From Octopus bimaculoides (taxonomy: Eukaryota), in the NCBI RefSeq assembly GCF_001194135.2, contig NC_068991.1, forward strand, positions 57,916,199-57,965,696: a DNA stretch of 49,498 nt, given 5' to 3'. The notes under the pieces were generated by a model. It saw only the letters and a program-made list of their open reading frames with translations, was not told the origin of the DNA and searched no databases. A program made the position numbers and the translations under genes. Below, piece after piece: positions 12,370 to 25,844 of this stretch. Positions within the stretch are counted from its first letter, which is position 1. Each line of letters begins with the position of its first letter.

Positions 12370-12570
12370 TGTCACCGCTAGACGACCGGTGTTGGATTAT
12401 TTATGCCATCTGTAAACCAAACGGTTCGGCAAAGAAGACGGATATAATATATACGAAGAATAAGTATATAAATACGGGCGAGCGATTTGTTCAACTAAGC
12501 ACTTCAAGGAAGTGCTCCACCATGGTCGTGATCCAATGTCTGAAACAAGTTAAAGACAAAAAAATAATAA
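12370..12570 (+). mobile_element. SINE family A, 3' half, degenerate
   Basis: CGCTAGACGACCGGTGTTGG...GGTTCGGCAAAGAAGAC.GATATAAT...GTGCTCCACCATGGTCG...CTGAAACAAG matches 6545-6720. Confidence 0.8.
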
Positions 12571-12697
12571 ATAAATAAACCATATATATGCATATGTAAA
12601 TATATTCGTATGTACAAAGAAGGAAAGAATTAGACATTCATACATACACTCACTCATGATTCATATTTAAAGACAGAGATCAACACGTTACACCACA

Positions 12698-12752
<55 letters not shown>

Positions 12753-13520
12753 NNNNNNNNNNNNNNNNNNNNNNNNNNNNNNNNNNNNNNNNNNNNNNNN
12801 NNNNNNNNNNNNNNNNNNNNNNNNNNNNNNNNNNNNNNNNNNNNNNNNNNNNNNNNNNNNNNNNNNNNNNNNNNNNNNNNNNNNNNNNNNNNNNNNNNNN
12901 NNNNNNNNNNNNNNNNNNNNNNNNNNNNNNNNNNNNNNNNNNNNNNNNNNNNNNNNNNNNNNNNAATCATGCCGTTTAGAAACCATTAACATCCGGGTTA
13001 TTAGTATACTAGCCGCAAGCCATAAACTTTCTTTCATTTGCGTTGAAAGAGTCATTTCTTTTTTGTATCTTTTTTAAACTATTCTTTTTAGAGTGTGAAG
13101 CGAAATATTCTGCAAAAGCAAAATCGAATTGTGCCACAACTGAAGAAAATAAATAAATTAATGAATAAATAAATAAGTTTAGAAACTTTGAGGTACATTT
13201 CGAGTAATCACTTGTATACTGAGATTTCTGCTGTATTCCGACAACGAATGCAGGACTCGATTTTTCATCCTGCGGTGAACCAACTTTGTAGATATTTGGA
13301 ACCCTTCTGCCATAACACCAAAGTTGTCCAGGGCCATTCACAGACATCAGTGCGAAAACTTACACGCAAAGGCACGAGCTTTGTCTAGTCATATGCTGTG
13401 ACATAAGTTTCTAACATCGGCGACAGTCGTCTTTGAAGCGCCACTCGTTCGTTGTCTCGCTTTCTCTCTTGATACAAATGTTACGGTTTAGTTACTCAGT
13501 GTTATCCGACATTTCTCTAG

Positions 13521-13890
13521 CAATACCTTTTCTGCCTTTCGTAGCAACTCCAAGACTTCTTAGCATTGAGTTTGATGATAGCGAAATTTTACAATTATAG
13601 TGAGACCTTCTGTAACTTAGAAATGAAAATATTTTACACCTTGGCCCATTCGTAGGTACACCCACCACCGGTTGATTGTCATCAGCCCACAGTTTAAACT
13701 TCTGCCAATACCTTTTCTGCCTTTCGTAACAAGTCCAAGACCCATGAGCATTGGGTTTGACGATGGTGAAATTTAACAATTACAGTGATATCTTCTGTAA
13801 CTTAGAAATGAAAATCTTGTTCCCCTTGGCCCATTCGTTAGTACACCCATCATCGGTTGATTACCATCAGCTATACGGTTTAAACTTCTT
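13521..13890. repeat. Tandem duplication, two copies of a 185-bp unit
   Basis: 13521-13705 and 13706-13890 both begin CAATACCTTTTCTGCCTTTCGTA and end TTTAAACTTCT; about 85% identical by hand comparison. Confidence 0.93.
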
Positions 13891-13930
13891 CGGAAGTTTC
13901 AAAACGACCCAACTTTGATGACTCTATTAA

Positions 13931-13988
13931 AAAACACATTCAGTGAATATATGAGAAATGAAAACACACTCAATGAATATATAAGAAA
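13931..13988. repeat. Tandem duplication with 30-bp period
   Basis: AAAACACATTCAGTGAATATATGAGAAA versus AAAACACACTCAATGAATATATAAGAAA (25/28). Confidence 0.85.
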
Positions 13989-14152
13989 CATCGACCCTCT
14001 TTCTATTTTGTTTCTGTTTTCAGTATCTGTTTTCATTCGTTATTTGTCATAGTCTGTAAATAATTACAGGCAGTTGAAATAACATTGACTTCTTTAAGAT
14101 TATGAAGTTTCATTATTTCATCATAATCTGAAATTATGCCTATATCACACAG

Positions 14153-14517
14153 AAATACTAATTTAAAGTGAAGGCGCGCGGCTTAATAGTTAGGGCATTC
14201 CGCTCCCGATTGTAAAGTCGTGAGATCAATTCTCGGCGATGCGTTGTGTCCTGGAGCAAGGCATTTTATTTCCCGTTGCTCCAGTACACTCAGTTGGCAA
14301 AGATTAGTAGTACCTGTATTTCAAACGGCCAACCTTGTCACACTCCGTGTCACGCTGAATCTCCCTGAGAACTTCGTTAAGGGTACATGGGTCTGTGGAG
14401 TGCTCAGCCACCTGCACGTTAATTTCAAGAGCAGGCTGTGCCGTTGATCATATCAGCTGGGACATTCGTCGTCGTCGTAAGCGACGGAATGCTACTACTA
14501 CTATAAATACTAATTTA
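14153..14517 (+). mobile_element. SINE family B, full-length, with 13-bp TSD and (CTA)n tail
   Basis: Head GTGAAGGCGCGCGGCTTAATAGTTAGGG; AAATACTAATTTA repeated at 14153-14165 and 14505-14517. Confidence 0.93.
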
Positions 14518-14624
14518 CAAATAGGTACTTCCGAATGCGTATATATACAATTGATATTTTTTGATACTCTGTATACAATTTTATATAATGCATACTGTGT
14601 TACTATATATTCAATTACTATTTT

Positions 14625-14985
14625 GTATCGGTGGTTAGAAAGTCTGCTCTGCGACCTCATGACTTTGGTTTCAATCTCACTGCCCGGGATCTTCGGCAAG
14701 TGTTTTATACTCTAGCGTGGGACCGACGAATGACTTGTGAGCGATTTTATCAGAGGGAAACTGAGTGGAAGTTTGTCGTATATATGGTTGTGTGCGTGTT
14801 GGTGTGACCATTTTTATCTCCTTCACTCCTTGTTATTTTTACTTCCCCACAAACTAGCGCATCGGCAAAAGCAACCGATATAATTACTCGACCGAAAAAA
14901 AAAAATTTAGTATCTATTTGATCGCCTAAATCCCTTCAAGGCTGTGCTCAAGATGGCTGCATTACAATAAAAGAAGATATAAGGC
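14625..14985 (+). mobile_element. SINE family A, degenerate full-length copy
   Basis: Head, TTGTGAGCGATTTT...GGAAACTGA body, short TA/TG spacer and ATCGGCAAAAG...GATATAAT 3' half are all traceable. Confidence 0.7.
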
Positions 14986-15133
14986 AGAAAATTCCATTTC
15001 GTTTGTTTATATCTGTCTCAGCAGAGCAAGCGATACGTTTTGGTTGCTTGCTTGTGACACAGATTTCATTTCAATGTCACACTTAATGTCAAACATTGTT
15101 CTATCGAAATATTGATCTCGATAATAGCAGTTA

Positions 15134-15340
15134 CAAGCTGTCAGAATCGGTAGCACGCAAAGCGAAACGCTTAGCGCTATTTTGTCCGTTATAACGTCCC
15201 GAGTTCAAATTCCGCCAATGTCGACTTTGATTTCTTCTGTTTCGGTGCCGATAAAACAAGTGGCAGCTGAGCACTGGAGTCGATGTAATCGAAACACCCC
15301 CTCCCCCTAAATTGCTGGCCTTGAGCCAAAATATGAAACC
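15134..15340 (+). mobile_element. SINE family C, full-length
   Basis: AGCTGTCAGAATCGGTAGCACG...GAGTTCAAATTCCGCCAATGTCGACTTTG...GATAAAACAAGTGGCAG...TATGAAACC. Confidence 0.9.
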
Positions 15341-15691
15341 AATTAGAGGAGTTAGGTTTGTCGAATCTCGTACAAAATATATAGTTAGACTATCAAAGCC
15401 AGATCATGAGTAGCAGATTTTCTGCAGTGTGGTTTCAACTAATTCAGCAACGATACGTAATAAATCCAGTTTGGTATTTTCTTTGATGCCATACAGATTT
15501 TTTTCATGCAGTGCACTCCGATGTATACGGTAGTTAACAGAGTGTGTGTTGTTAAAGATTCAAAATCTGTTGTGAATGAGGTCATGATAACTCCGTAATT
15601 TGGGATTCCAACTGATATACGACTTTCTGCGTTTGTATAATTTTGTATGAACTTGAAGTATATAAACAAAACATATATCTAAATATGCATA

Positions 15692-15723
<32 letters not shown>

Positions 15724-17063
15724 CGTGTGTGTGTGTGTGAGTGTGTGCGTGTATATTTATATATGCAAAGATTCATATACATATATATAGACATATATGC
15801 TTGGATATATGTGTGGGTGCGTACGTCTGTGTGCATACGTGCATGTCTTTATATCGATATATATATATCACTATATGTACTTGTTTCCATGAAACTTGAA
15901 ACTTAAGTACACGTTCCTCTAATTTTATGCGTTTCTGTGCGTGTGTGTTTCTCTGTCCAACTTCGTGACACGCGCATTTGCACATGCATAGCGGAGAAAT
16001 ATGGCGAGAGTTACTGTCAGGAGGAGAAAGAGAGGGAAAAAGACGTGTGTTCAACGTTCTCATTTCCAGAAGTTATTGTTCTAACGTCTTACCTATCTCT
16101 CCATCTGTATTGTTCCATGTGACAAGATTCAGTCCCATTAGCACGCCCATGGTCAAAGACATCAATCAAATTAAATGTCACTTTAAATATGAATGAAGTC
16201 TGCCTGAAATTGTTTTTTTGTTGTTTTATATCATACCTAATGTGAAGACAAATGGGATGGCAGTATTTTGATGCCTTCCTTAATGTAACATACACATCTA
16301 GTAAATGAAAATGGAAACAAAGAATGGGTTTGCCATGTAATTTATATGTCTGAGTGAGAAGTAAAAAAATGATCTGTTGGTCGAGAATCGAAACCGGATG
16401 TTGGATTTCAATTGCTGTGAGCTAACGTTACGGGCATTACAAATCCATTTTCATAAATGCTTATTTATTTATTTATTTATTGCTTCTCTCCAGCACAAGT
16501 TCCCTGTTGTATAAATTCAAATCAGTCTTGACCGGACAGGGCTGAGTTAACAGATATTCTCAGCGAATTTTTAGCGTTTTCCCCCGTTCTTTTTTCTATT
16601 TGAACAATTATTTAGTCCTATGTTTCTCTTCATTTCAAAAGGAAGTATATTATTTAAAAGTCGCTCCAAGTTGAAGCTGTAATGTAACCTAGGTGTTTTA
16701 GAAATGTGATGTGCTAGATTTCTTTATCTGCATTAATTTGTAACTATACATTTGTTTTGAAAAACGTGTGTAAAGTACTGTACATTTATTCTACAATGAC
16801 ATTAACGTTATATGATGAACACTACCGAACGGCCATAATCCTATGGTAATATATTTCCCATGAAATAATTTCATCGAATGGAGGTCCTTGATTTCAGTTG
16901 GATAAAACTCTGCATTATACTTCTTTGTATTCAGTTACAATGTAGTATGCTATACGATTATTCTAGAGGAAAAGTTTGTGATAGCCGAATACTTATATGG
17001 ATTGATATATTGCATTACAAATACATACATACATATTTTATACATATATATACATATACACAC

Positions 17064-17104
<41 letters not shown>

Positions 17105-17499
17105 ACGGAAGGTAAAAGTAGAGAGCGACAACAATAAGGAAATAATGAGAACGAAATTAGTCAGTTACGTCGGTGATTCCTGTAATAGTATGTATGTATT
17201 TCAAACGATAGAAGCCCAGAACAGAAATATGCATGAAGCGCTTCATTTAACTATTAATTGAACAAGATGGCGTACTATATTACGTGGGTTTCTATGACCA
17301 AGATTCTCTGAGTGTAGGCGTGTCTAGGTCAAAGTGTCTCAACTAACTCAGTTTCTATCTCTCACGTTTCCCTCTCACTATATCTATCTATATATCTATC
17401 TATCTATCTATCTGTATATATATATATATATCGACCGATCCATCGACCGATCTGCCTATCTGTTCATCTGATTGTCTCTCTATTCGTCTTTCAGTCAGC

Positions 17500-17577
<78 letters not shown>

Positions 17578-19206
17578 ATATATATATAGAGAGAGAGCAG
17601 TGAATATTCAAACTTAATTATTTACATATGTGCAAGTATATGCATGCTTGAATGTATATACGTGTGTGCATTTAATTCTGCAGTTTACATTATTCGATGG
17701 CGATAAGAAAGTAAGCATAAACATATGGGATTAAATTAACACAAAATTGACTTTTCGAATTTTCAAAACTTTGAGTTCAGCTTGTACAACACTGACACTC
17801 TACTGCTCTTCCTTACACACACACACATACGCAGACACAAAAATGTATACTGTTTGCGGGAAGGACTGTTCCAACGAAGTCGCGTATTGTCCTTTCTTCG
17901 AAAAGCGGAATACATGGAACAAGGACAACTGACGAAGGGATATACTCTTTATGTTGCATGTTTCGTTTCTCTGTTTGTTTTTTTTTCGGTCTTTGAAAAA
18001 AGTTCGTTTTCTGTTTTCGTTTTTATGATATCATTTCTCATTGTGTCTAACGATTTTTGTGATGTCCTGTACCCATATATGCATGTATGTATACATATAG
18101 ATGGGGTGTGTACATATATGTATAGATATATGCNNNNNNNNNNNNNNNNNNNNNNNNNNNNNNNNNNNNNNNNNNNNNNNNNNNNNNNNNNNNNNNNNNN
18201 NNNNNNNNNNNNNNNNNNNNNNNNNNNNNNNNNNNNNNNNNNNNNNNNNNNNNNNNNNNNNNNNNNNNNNNNNNNNNNNNNNNNNNNNNNNNNNNNNNNN
18301 NNNNNNNNNNNNNNNNNNNNNNNNNNNNNNNNNNNNNNNNNNNNNNNNNNNNNNNNNNNNNNNNNNNNNNNNNNNNNNNNNNNNNNNNNNNNNNNNNNNN
18401 NNNNNNNNNNNNNNNNNNNNNNNNNNNNNNNNNNNNNNNNNNNNNNNNNNNNNNNNNNNNNNNNNNNNNNNNNNNNNNNNNNNNNNNNNNNNNNNNNNNN
18501 NNNNNNNNNNNNNNNNNNNNNNNNNNNNNNNNNNNNNNNNNNNNNNNNNNNNNNNNNNNNNNNNNNNNNNNNNNNNNNNNNNNNNNNNNNNNNNNNNNNN
18601 NNNNNNNNNNNNNNNNNNNNNNNNNNNNNNNNNNNNNNNNNNNNNNNNNNNNNNNNNNNNNNNNNNNNNNNNNNNNNNNNNNNNNNNNNNNNNNNNNNNN
18701 NNNNNNNNNNNNNNNNNNNNNNNNNNNNNNNNNNNNNNNNNNNNNNNNNNNNNNNNNNNNNNNNNNNNNNNNNNNNNNNNNNNNNNNNNNNNNNNNNNNN
18801 NNNNNNNNNTATATATATATATATATATATATATGCATATATGCATGATGTATATATCCACATGTATATAAGTGGGAGAATGATAGAAGAGGATAGCGAA
18901 CTAAGATGGGGAAACAAATATAAGATAGTAAATAATGCAGGTGATGTTTATGTAACGGCGAATAAAGGGCGGAAAAGAAAACAATTGATTCTGTTTTCCA
19001 GATTATATTTTATAATGAATTTATTGCATCCCCTATTAGAATAATTATTGAACTATAACACTTTTCCTCTATGAAGATTTCCTTCCATCTATTATTATTT
19101 CTTCTGTTTTTTATTTTATCAGTGATGTCGCTAGAGTACAATTTTCCTAGTTCGTGTGTTCGTGTATATTCATATATATGTTTAAATATGTGCATATATA
19201 TGTTTG

Positions 19207-19257
<51 letters not shown>

Positions 19258-19350
19258 GTGCGTGTGTGTGTAGGTTATGTGTTTATATATATATACATAT
19301 GTATGTGTGTCTGTGTGTAGATATATATATATATGTGTGTCTGTGTGTAG

Positions 19351-19386
<36 letters not shown>

Positions 19387-19589
19387 ATGTGTGTGTGTGT
19401 GTGTGTGTGTATTGACGTGATGAACTTTGGAACTGGAAATAGCTACAGCCTTGTTTATATATAAGCTTGTAAATATTGGGTTTATAAATCTTCTGTTTGG
19501 AAAATGTCGAGGACTGCATAGGGCATCCTTAAACTAATATTTACACACTATAATGTGTAACTGTATCTAGATCTTTTCCAGCCGTTTGT

Positions 19590-20480
19590 GATGCACCTCA
19601 ACGTTATTCTACAGTTGTACTGCGACCTTTTACCTCTGGTCAACTCTCAGTAACATAACTGCTCATGCAGCATACCCAATTCTACTCTGACGACATGACC
19701 AGACGAACGCATCTGTTTCAAAAGTTATTCTTTTCTCAATACTGCAGCTGCCAACTTTCTCAAGTAGAGCAAAATCAGATAAGAGCAGCCCTGATGTTGC
19801 GTGGGATACAATGCTGTTGAAATCTTTCCAACTGTTCGAAATGGTGTTTGTCGGTAGGAGAACTCCGTCGGTTACGACGACGAGGGTCCCAGCTGATCCG
19901 ATCAACGGAACAGCTTGCTCGTGAAATTAACGTGCAAGTGACTGAGCAATCCACAGACACGTGTACCCCTAACGTAGTTCTCAGGGAGACTCAGCGTGAA
20001 ACATAGCGTGACAAGGCCGGCCCTTTGAAATACAGATACTACTCATTTTTGCCAGCTGAGTGAACTGGAGCAACGTGAAATAAAGTGTCTTGCTCAAGGA
20101 CACAACGCATCACCGGGAATCGAACTCCGACCTTACGATCGTGAGCCAATGCCCTAACCACTAAGCCACGCGCCTTCGAAATGGTGCTTGTAAGTTGTTC
20201 ACGTGTCGCATTTGCATTGAAGGACTGTAAGAACACAGGTTTCATGGACAGCTAGGTTCATGTCTGTGATTCTCCGATCTGATCGTGCTCGCTTCTCAAA
20301 TTCCCCAAAAGCAGGACTAGCTTCCGTACTTCAGGGATTTATTAGAGCGTCAAGAGTTCCATCTCGACAAAAACACGCAAAACTGATCACCATACAAAGT
20401 CTCTTTCCTTCCACGAAAATTTCACGCTCCACATACGCTTCCTCAAGTAGTGCAAAGTCCACGGCCTTCGTCATTATTTT
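19590..20480 (-). mobile_element. Decayed RTE (BovB-like) LINE fragment interrupted by a SINE B insertion
   Basis: Removing 19847-20186 restores EASPAFGEFEKR...VHETCVLTVLQCKCDT*TTYKHHFEQLERFQQHC..., followed by SDFALLEKVGSCSIEK and RSSGHVVRVE: RTE-BovB motifs (ASSAFGRL..VLTTLLYGCETWTTY.RH..QLERFHQRC). Confidence 0.85.
19835..20186 (-). mobile_element. SINE family B, full-length young copy with 10-12-bp TSD
   Basis: (TT)CGAAATGGTG at 19835-19846 and 20175-20186; body nearly identical to the 31.4-31.7 kb copy. Confidence 0.95.
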
Positions 20481-20690
20481 GTTTTTTTTTGCTAATATTT
20501 AGAGCAAACGCCGAACATGCAAAAGAGGTTTCCAATAACATTTCCATGTTATACGTGAGGTAAATTTCTAAGATTGCCAAATAGTATTGAATTGATGTTG
20601 AAAATTATTAAATAAAACACTTTGCTAGATATTCAAAATCGCATGTGCACACAAAATTGAAGCACAGAAAAGTATACGTACAACAGCAAA

Positions 20691-20729
20691 CAAGATGGGT
20701 TCCACAAGATGGGTTCCACAAGATGGGTT
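20691..20729. repeat. 14-bp tandem repeat (CAAGATGGGTTCCA), about 2.8 copies
   Basis: Direct reading. Confidence 0.9.
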
Positions 20730-20781
20730 GTAGTAGAAGGACGAAAATAAACACAAAGACACACACGCGCACACACATATG

Positions 20782-20812
<31 letters not shown>

Positions 20813-20847
20813 ACACTCTCACATATATATTTGATGGGCATCCTTTA

Positions 20848-20995
20848 GTATCCATCTACCATATCCACTCACGACGCTTTGGTTCGAATTGAGGCTATAG
20901 TAGAAGTCACTGACCAATGTGACACGCTGTGGTACTGAATCCACAAGAAGGTGGTTGGAAAGCAAGCTTCTTATCACACAGCCAAGCTTGCACTT
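20848..20995 (-). mobile_element. SINE family A, 5' half
   Basis: CTACCATATCCACTCACGACGCTTTGG...GGCTATAGTAGAAG...GGTTGGAAAGCAAGCTTCTTATCACACAGCCA is the reverse complement of the family A head and body. Confidence 0.8.
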
Positions 20996-21000
20996 ATATA

Positions 21001-21037
<37 letters not shown>

Positions 21038-21716
21038 NNNNNNNNNNNNNNNNNNNNNNNNNNNNNNNNNNNNNNNNNNNNNNNNNNNNNNNNNNNNNNN
21101 NNNNNNNNNNNNNNNNNNNNNNNNNNNNNNNNNNNNNNNNNNNNNNNNNNNNNNNNNNNNNNNNNNNNNNNNNNNNNNNNNNNNNNNNNNNNNNNNNNNN
21201 NNNNNNNNNNNNNNNNNNNNNNNNNNNNNNNNNNNNNNNNNNNNNNNNNNNNNNNNNNNNNNNNNNNNNNNNNNNNNNNNNNNNNNNNNNNNNNNNNNNN
21301 NNNNNNNNNNNNNNNNNNNNNNNNNNNNNNNNNNNNNNNNNNNNNNNNNNNNNNNNNNNNNNNNNNNNNNNNNNNNNNNNNNNNNNNNNNNNNNNNNNNN
21401 NNNNNNNNNNNNNNNNNNNNNNNNNNNNNNNNNNNNNNNNNNNNNNNNNNNNNNNNNNNNNNNNNNNNNNNNNNNNNNNNNNNNNNNNNNNNNNNNNNNN
21501 NNNNNNNNNNNNNNNNNNNNNNNNNNNNNNNNNNNNNNNNNNNNNNNNNNNNNNNNNNNNNNNNNNNNNNNNNNNNNNNNNNNNNNNNNNNNNNNNNNNN
21601 NNNNNNNNNNNNNNNNNNNNNNNNNNNNNNNNNNNNNNNNNNNNNNNNNNNNNNNNNNNNNNNNNNNNNNNNNNNNNNNNNNNNNNNNNNNNNNNNNNNN
21701 NNNNNNNNNNNNNNNN

Positions 21717-21753
<37 letters not shown>

Positions 21754-23104
21754 ACTAATTTGTCACACTGTTTCCGAACTGAGTTTTACGATTTGTATTC
21801 CTTATTCCTCCGCATATATTTTCGTACAAAACTAGGAGTATTAAAAGAGAGCAAATTTTGTTTTTAGTTCTCTACGATGCTGATCCGATTTTTATTGAAA
21901 TTACATATATTTTCTTTACACTATCTAGAAGCTGATGCTTGTATATGTGTATTGAAATAATGTCACGTTTATTAGGGTATTGTTAGAAATTTACGCAGTG
22001 AGATCCAGAGGCAATCAAGGATAATGAATGAAGGAAAACAAAATCTGGCCCACTTCGTGTCGCATGTCTGATTTAAAGAGTTTTTATCATCGTGTCATAT
22101 GAACCATTCCTTTCCTTTCTTTTTCGGTATTTTCTTTATCTTTCCGTGTCACAATACTTTTTTCACAGATATTTTTTCATTCATTACTTATCATATACAT
22201 GTATACATGTAAGAGCATAATCTTGTATGTATACATACATTTGTACCCACGTGCGTGTTTGTGAATACAATTAAATTTAGCCTCATGATGCAAATATATA
22301 CATGCATATATAAATATGTATACATAAATGAGACTGTGCGTGTTTGTATGCATATATATATANNNNNNNNNNNNNNNNNNNNNNNNNNNNNNNNNNNNNN
22401 NNNNNNNNNNNNNNNNNNNNNNNNNNNNNNNNNNNNNNNNNNNNNNNNNNNNNNNNNNNNNNNNNNNNNNNNNNNNNNNNNNNNNNNNNNNNNNNNNNNN
22501 NNNNNNNNNNNNNNNNNNNNNNNNNNNNNNNNNNNNNNNNNNNNNNNNNNNNNNNNNNNNNNNNNNNNNNNNNNNNNNNNNNNNNNNNNNNNNNNNNNNN
22601 NNNNNNNNNNNNNNNNNNNNNNNNNNNNNNNNNNNNNNNNNNNNNNNNNNNNNNNNNNNNNNNNNNNNNNNNNNNNNNNNNNNNNNNNNNNNNNNNNNNN
22701 NNNNNNNNNNNNNNNNNNNNNNNNNNNNNNNNNNNNNNNNNNNNNNNNNNNNNNNNNNNNNNNNNNNNNNNNNNNNNNNNNNNNNNNNNNNNNNNNNNNN
22801 NNNNNNNNNNNNNNNNNNNNNNNNNNNNNNNNNNNNNNNNNNNNNNNNNNNNNNNNNNNNNNNNNNNNNNNNNNNNNNNNNNNNNNNNNNNNNNNNNNNN
22901 NNNNNNNNNNNNNNNNNNNNNNNNNNNNNNNNNNNNNNNNNNNNNNNNNNNNNNNNNNNNNNNNNNNNNNNNNNNNNNNNNNNNNNNNNNNNNNNNNNNN
23001 NNNNNNNNNNNNNNNNNNNNNNNNNNNNNNNNNNNNNNNNNNNNNNNNNNNNNNNNNNNNNNNNNNNNNNNGATTCATAGCGTAAGTGAATCAATTGTCA
23101 TTTT

Positions 23105-23125
23105 GTATTATTATTATTGTTGTTG

Positions 23126-23163
<38 letters not shown>

Positions 23164-23166
23164 GTT
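23105..23166. repeat. (ATT)n/(GTT)n microsatellite
   Basis: Direct reading. Confidence 0.9.
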
Positions 23167-23829
23167 TTCTTGGTATTTAATGGTGTTAGAAACCGCGTAC
23201 GGGTTTTTTCATGATATACTTGAAATGATTAATTGTAAAAATTAGATTTCGCGGATGTATGACAACAAGTTACTCTAACTTGGGATCTCCAAAATGTCCA
23301 GATTTAAAATCCATGTCAACTAAATTTCCAGCCTTTTAGGAAGAGAAACTAATGGACATCATCGTAATATCATAACTTCATTGAAAGTTGTCGTCATTCA
23401 CGTGGTGTCCTAAATTTAAAAAAAAAAAAAAAGCTAGAACTATTTAATGTAGGTAAGTCGCACATTCCGGGCATCGAAAAGTAAAGACGAACTCATAGAA
23501 TAATCTTATACGAAAGCTAACCGAAAACGAGCGCATCAATTTTTATTGAAGCAGCTTTCATTTTTTTCTAGATCAGATTTGTTCTATTAAATTACCATAT
23601 ATGTACTGAAAGACGTCTGGTACTCTATATGTGTGTATATGTGTTGTGTGCATATATAAGTGTGCGTGTGTGCCCGTGTGTGTATGTGTGTGAGTGAGTG
23701 TGTATGTGTGTATGTGTGTGGGTGTGTGTGTGCGTGTGTGCCCGTGTGTGTGCGTGTGTGTGACACCGCGCGAAACTCTCGAACCTTGAATTTGCTCGTG
23801 CTAAATATTAATAAAAATATCTATCCCTA

Positions 23830-23907
<78 letters not shown>

Positions 23908-25646
23908 TGTATGTTAGAAAGGGAGAAACGATGAACCGATGATTTTTATACGTACCTACATATGTAATTACGTGTGGTATAAAAGGGTGAGTGTACTTCT
24001 AGGAATATAGATATGTATGTTTTTTTTCTTTCTGTGAGTGTTTTACGTGGGTGCGCTTGTGTGTATTTATATACATGTGTGTGTGTTCTTTGTTCGTGCT
24101 TCGTTGTCTTTATGTAACCGGTCTTCACCGACCATAAGCATGATTCTTTTCATTTTGAACCAAGTTCTTATGAACAACAATTGCACACATAATTTGTATA
24201 CACCAAGCATTATCGAAGACCAGAAGCTATAGCTTCGTTTGAAGTAAATTGAGTGCATATAGCAATAGGAATTTTCGCCAGTATTTTATAAAGGTGGTTT
24301 TCAATTTCAATCGTTCAAATTTTGTCGGTTTACACATGTAAACAAAGATGCATACGGTTAGACATGCCCAGATGCATGGACAGACAGTCACGTGCACACA
24401 CACGCTGTCACGTTTGCATGTAATGTTCCAAAACATAAAATATATTTGATCAGTATTTTTAAAGATAATTTGAGATTCAACGAAATATTCCGTATTGTTA
24501 AGAAGTCTGGTTTATTTTGAAATGACCATTCAGACACTTGCAGGCTTCAGAGTGCACTCCTAATGTTACGCTCGCTACATTACCGAAATAGAACCCGTTT
24601 GTGTGTGTGGATAAATTGTAAATAATCACTCATACCATCGTTCTTTGATGCTATAAATTGTCTCATGATAAAAACGACGCAGTTCTCTCAGCTGGATCAC
24701 TTTTTAATTGTTATTACAGACAAATCAAGAGAGTTAACTCGCGTTCTTCCTCGTCAGAGATGAGACGTCTTAAATCTACTTATAACGTACATGGTGTCTG
24801 TAGCAGGAACTGATTCCGTTATTTTCTTTTTACATATTTTAGTACTTTCGTTGGCACTAACTGTCTACATTTGTAAAGGATTCTCTAGAGTAGAGACGTG
24901 TAAAATCCTTAATGAGAATAGTATTTATATTTTACTTCCATAGACGAAGTGGAAGATAAAGAAGTCTATAGAGGAAACAAACTACAGTCAAAATGTCTAT
25001 TCTGACAGACTAATTGATTGCTTAATAGGAAAAACAAAAAACTCAGAACAAATGCACCGCAATGATAACACCCTGTACTACACTTATTGAAATACACATG
25101 TCACATAAATGTCTTTTATATACAAAAAATGCATGTCGTTCCCAACGAAACCGTTGGACGAATCATATTATTCTTTTATTGAACACACATACGACGTTAC
25201 CTAAACAAAACGCCATTATAAGATAGTAAAATTGGTGTATATGCATATTTCAAGAGTTATTGCACTTTCCTCAATACCTCATCCAAACTATTAACTTTTC
25301 ACGTACAATTTGCTTAATTACAGCTAGGGTTTGTGTTGTTACATAACTGAATAGACAAATTTACAGATTAAACACATTTACTGTAACTAGTACGTACATG
25401 TTAATTCTTGGTAAAGACACAATATTTCGTAGTATACTACCATTGTTTGCATAGACGTATTTGTTTACGAAATGTAACCTCCTGTGCTGGCTCGGAATTC
25501 TATATAAAATCTATAGAGATAAAACTGAAAGTGAAAATAGCGCACTGCTAACACACAGCAAGGCACAATATTGACTTCTAAACTTATAACGTACTTGGTA
25601 GTATATTATGGTTGCAAGGCTAAATTCTATATCCTTGCCAGCAATT

Positions 25647-25826
25647 AATATTGGTTTCAAGTTTTGGCACAAGTTCAGCAATTTTGAGGGAGGCGGTAAA
25701 TCGATTACATCGACTCTCAACATTCAACTGGCACTTATTTTATCGGCCCCGAAAGGATGAAAGGCAAAGTCGTCCTCGGCGGAATTTGAACCAGAGCGCA
25801 GTAACGATTCTGCCAGCTCGCTGCCT
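25647..25826 (-). mobile_element. SINE family C, left member of an inverted pair
   Basis: AATATTGGTTTCAAGTTTTGGCACAAG...CCCCGAAAGGATGAAAGGCAAAGTCG...GATTCTGCCAGCTCGCTGCCTT; internal deletion in the head. Confidence 0.9.
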
Positions 25827-25844
25827 TTATTAGCAAGTAGTATT

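Noticed and set aside
12965-13480. ORFs 13009-13347 and 13188-13388 as exons or transposase
   Set aside because: No recognisable motif; a candidate exon bounded by a GTAAGT donor has stops in all three frames.
13492-13890. 185-bp duplication as a coding 62-aa repeat
   Set aside because: The unit length is not a multiple of 3, one copy has a stop, and most differences are non-synonymous.
16878-17020. Signal-peptide-like start MEVLDFSWIKLCIILLCIQLQC
   Set aside because: No credible donor; the frame runs into a microsatellite.
20691-20729. Short direct repeats as a CRISPR array
   Set aside because: Contiguous 14-bp units with no spacers, in eukaryotic DNA.
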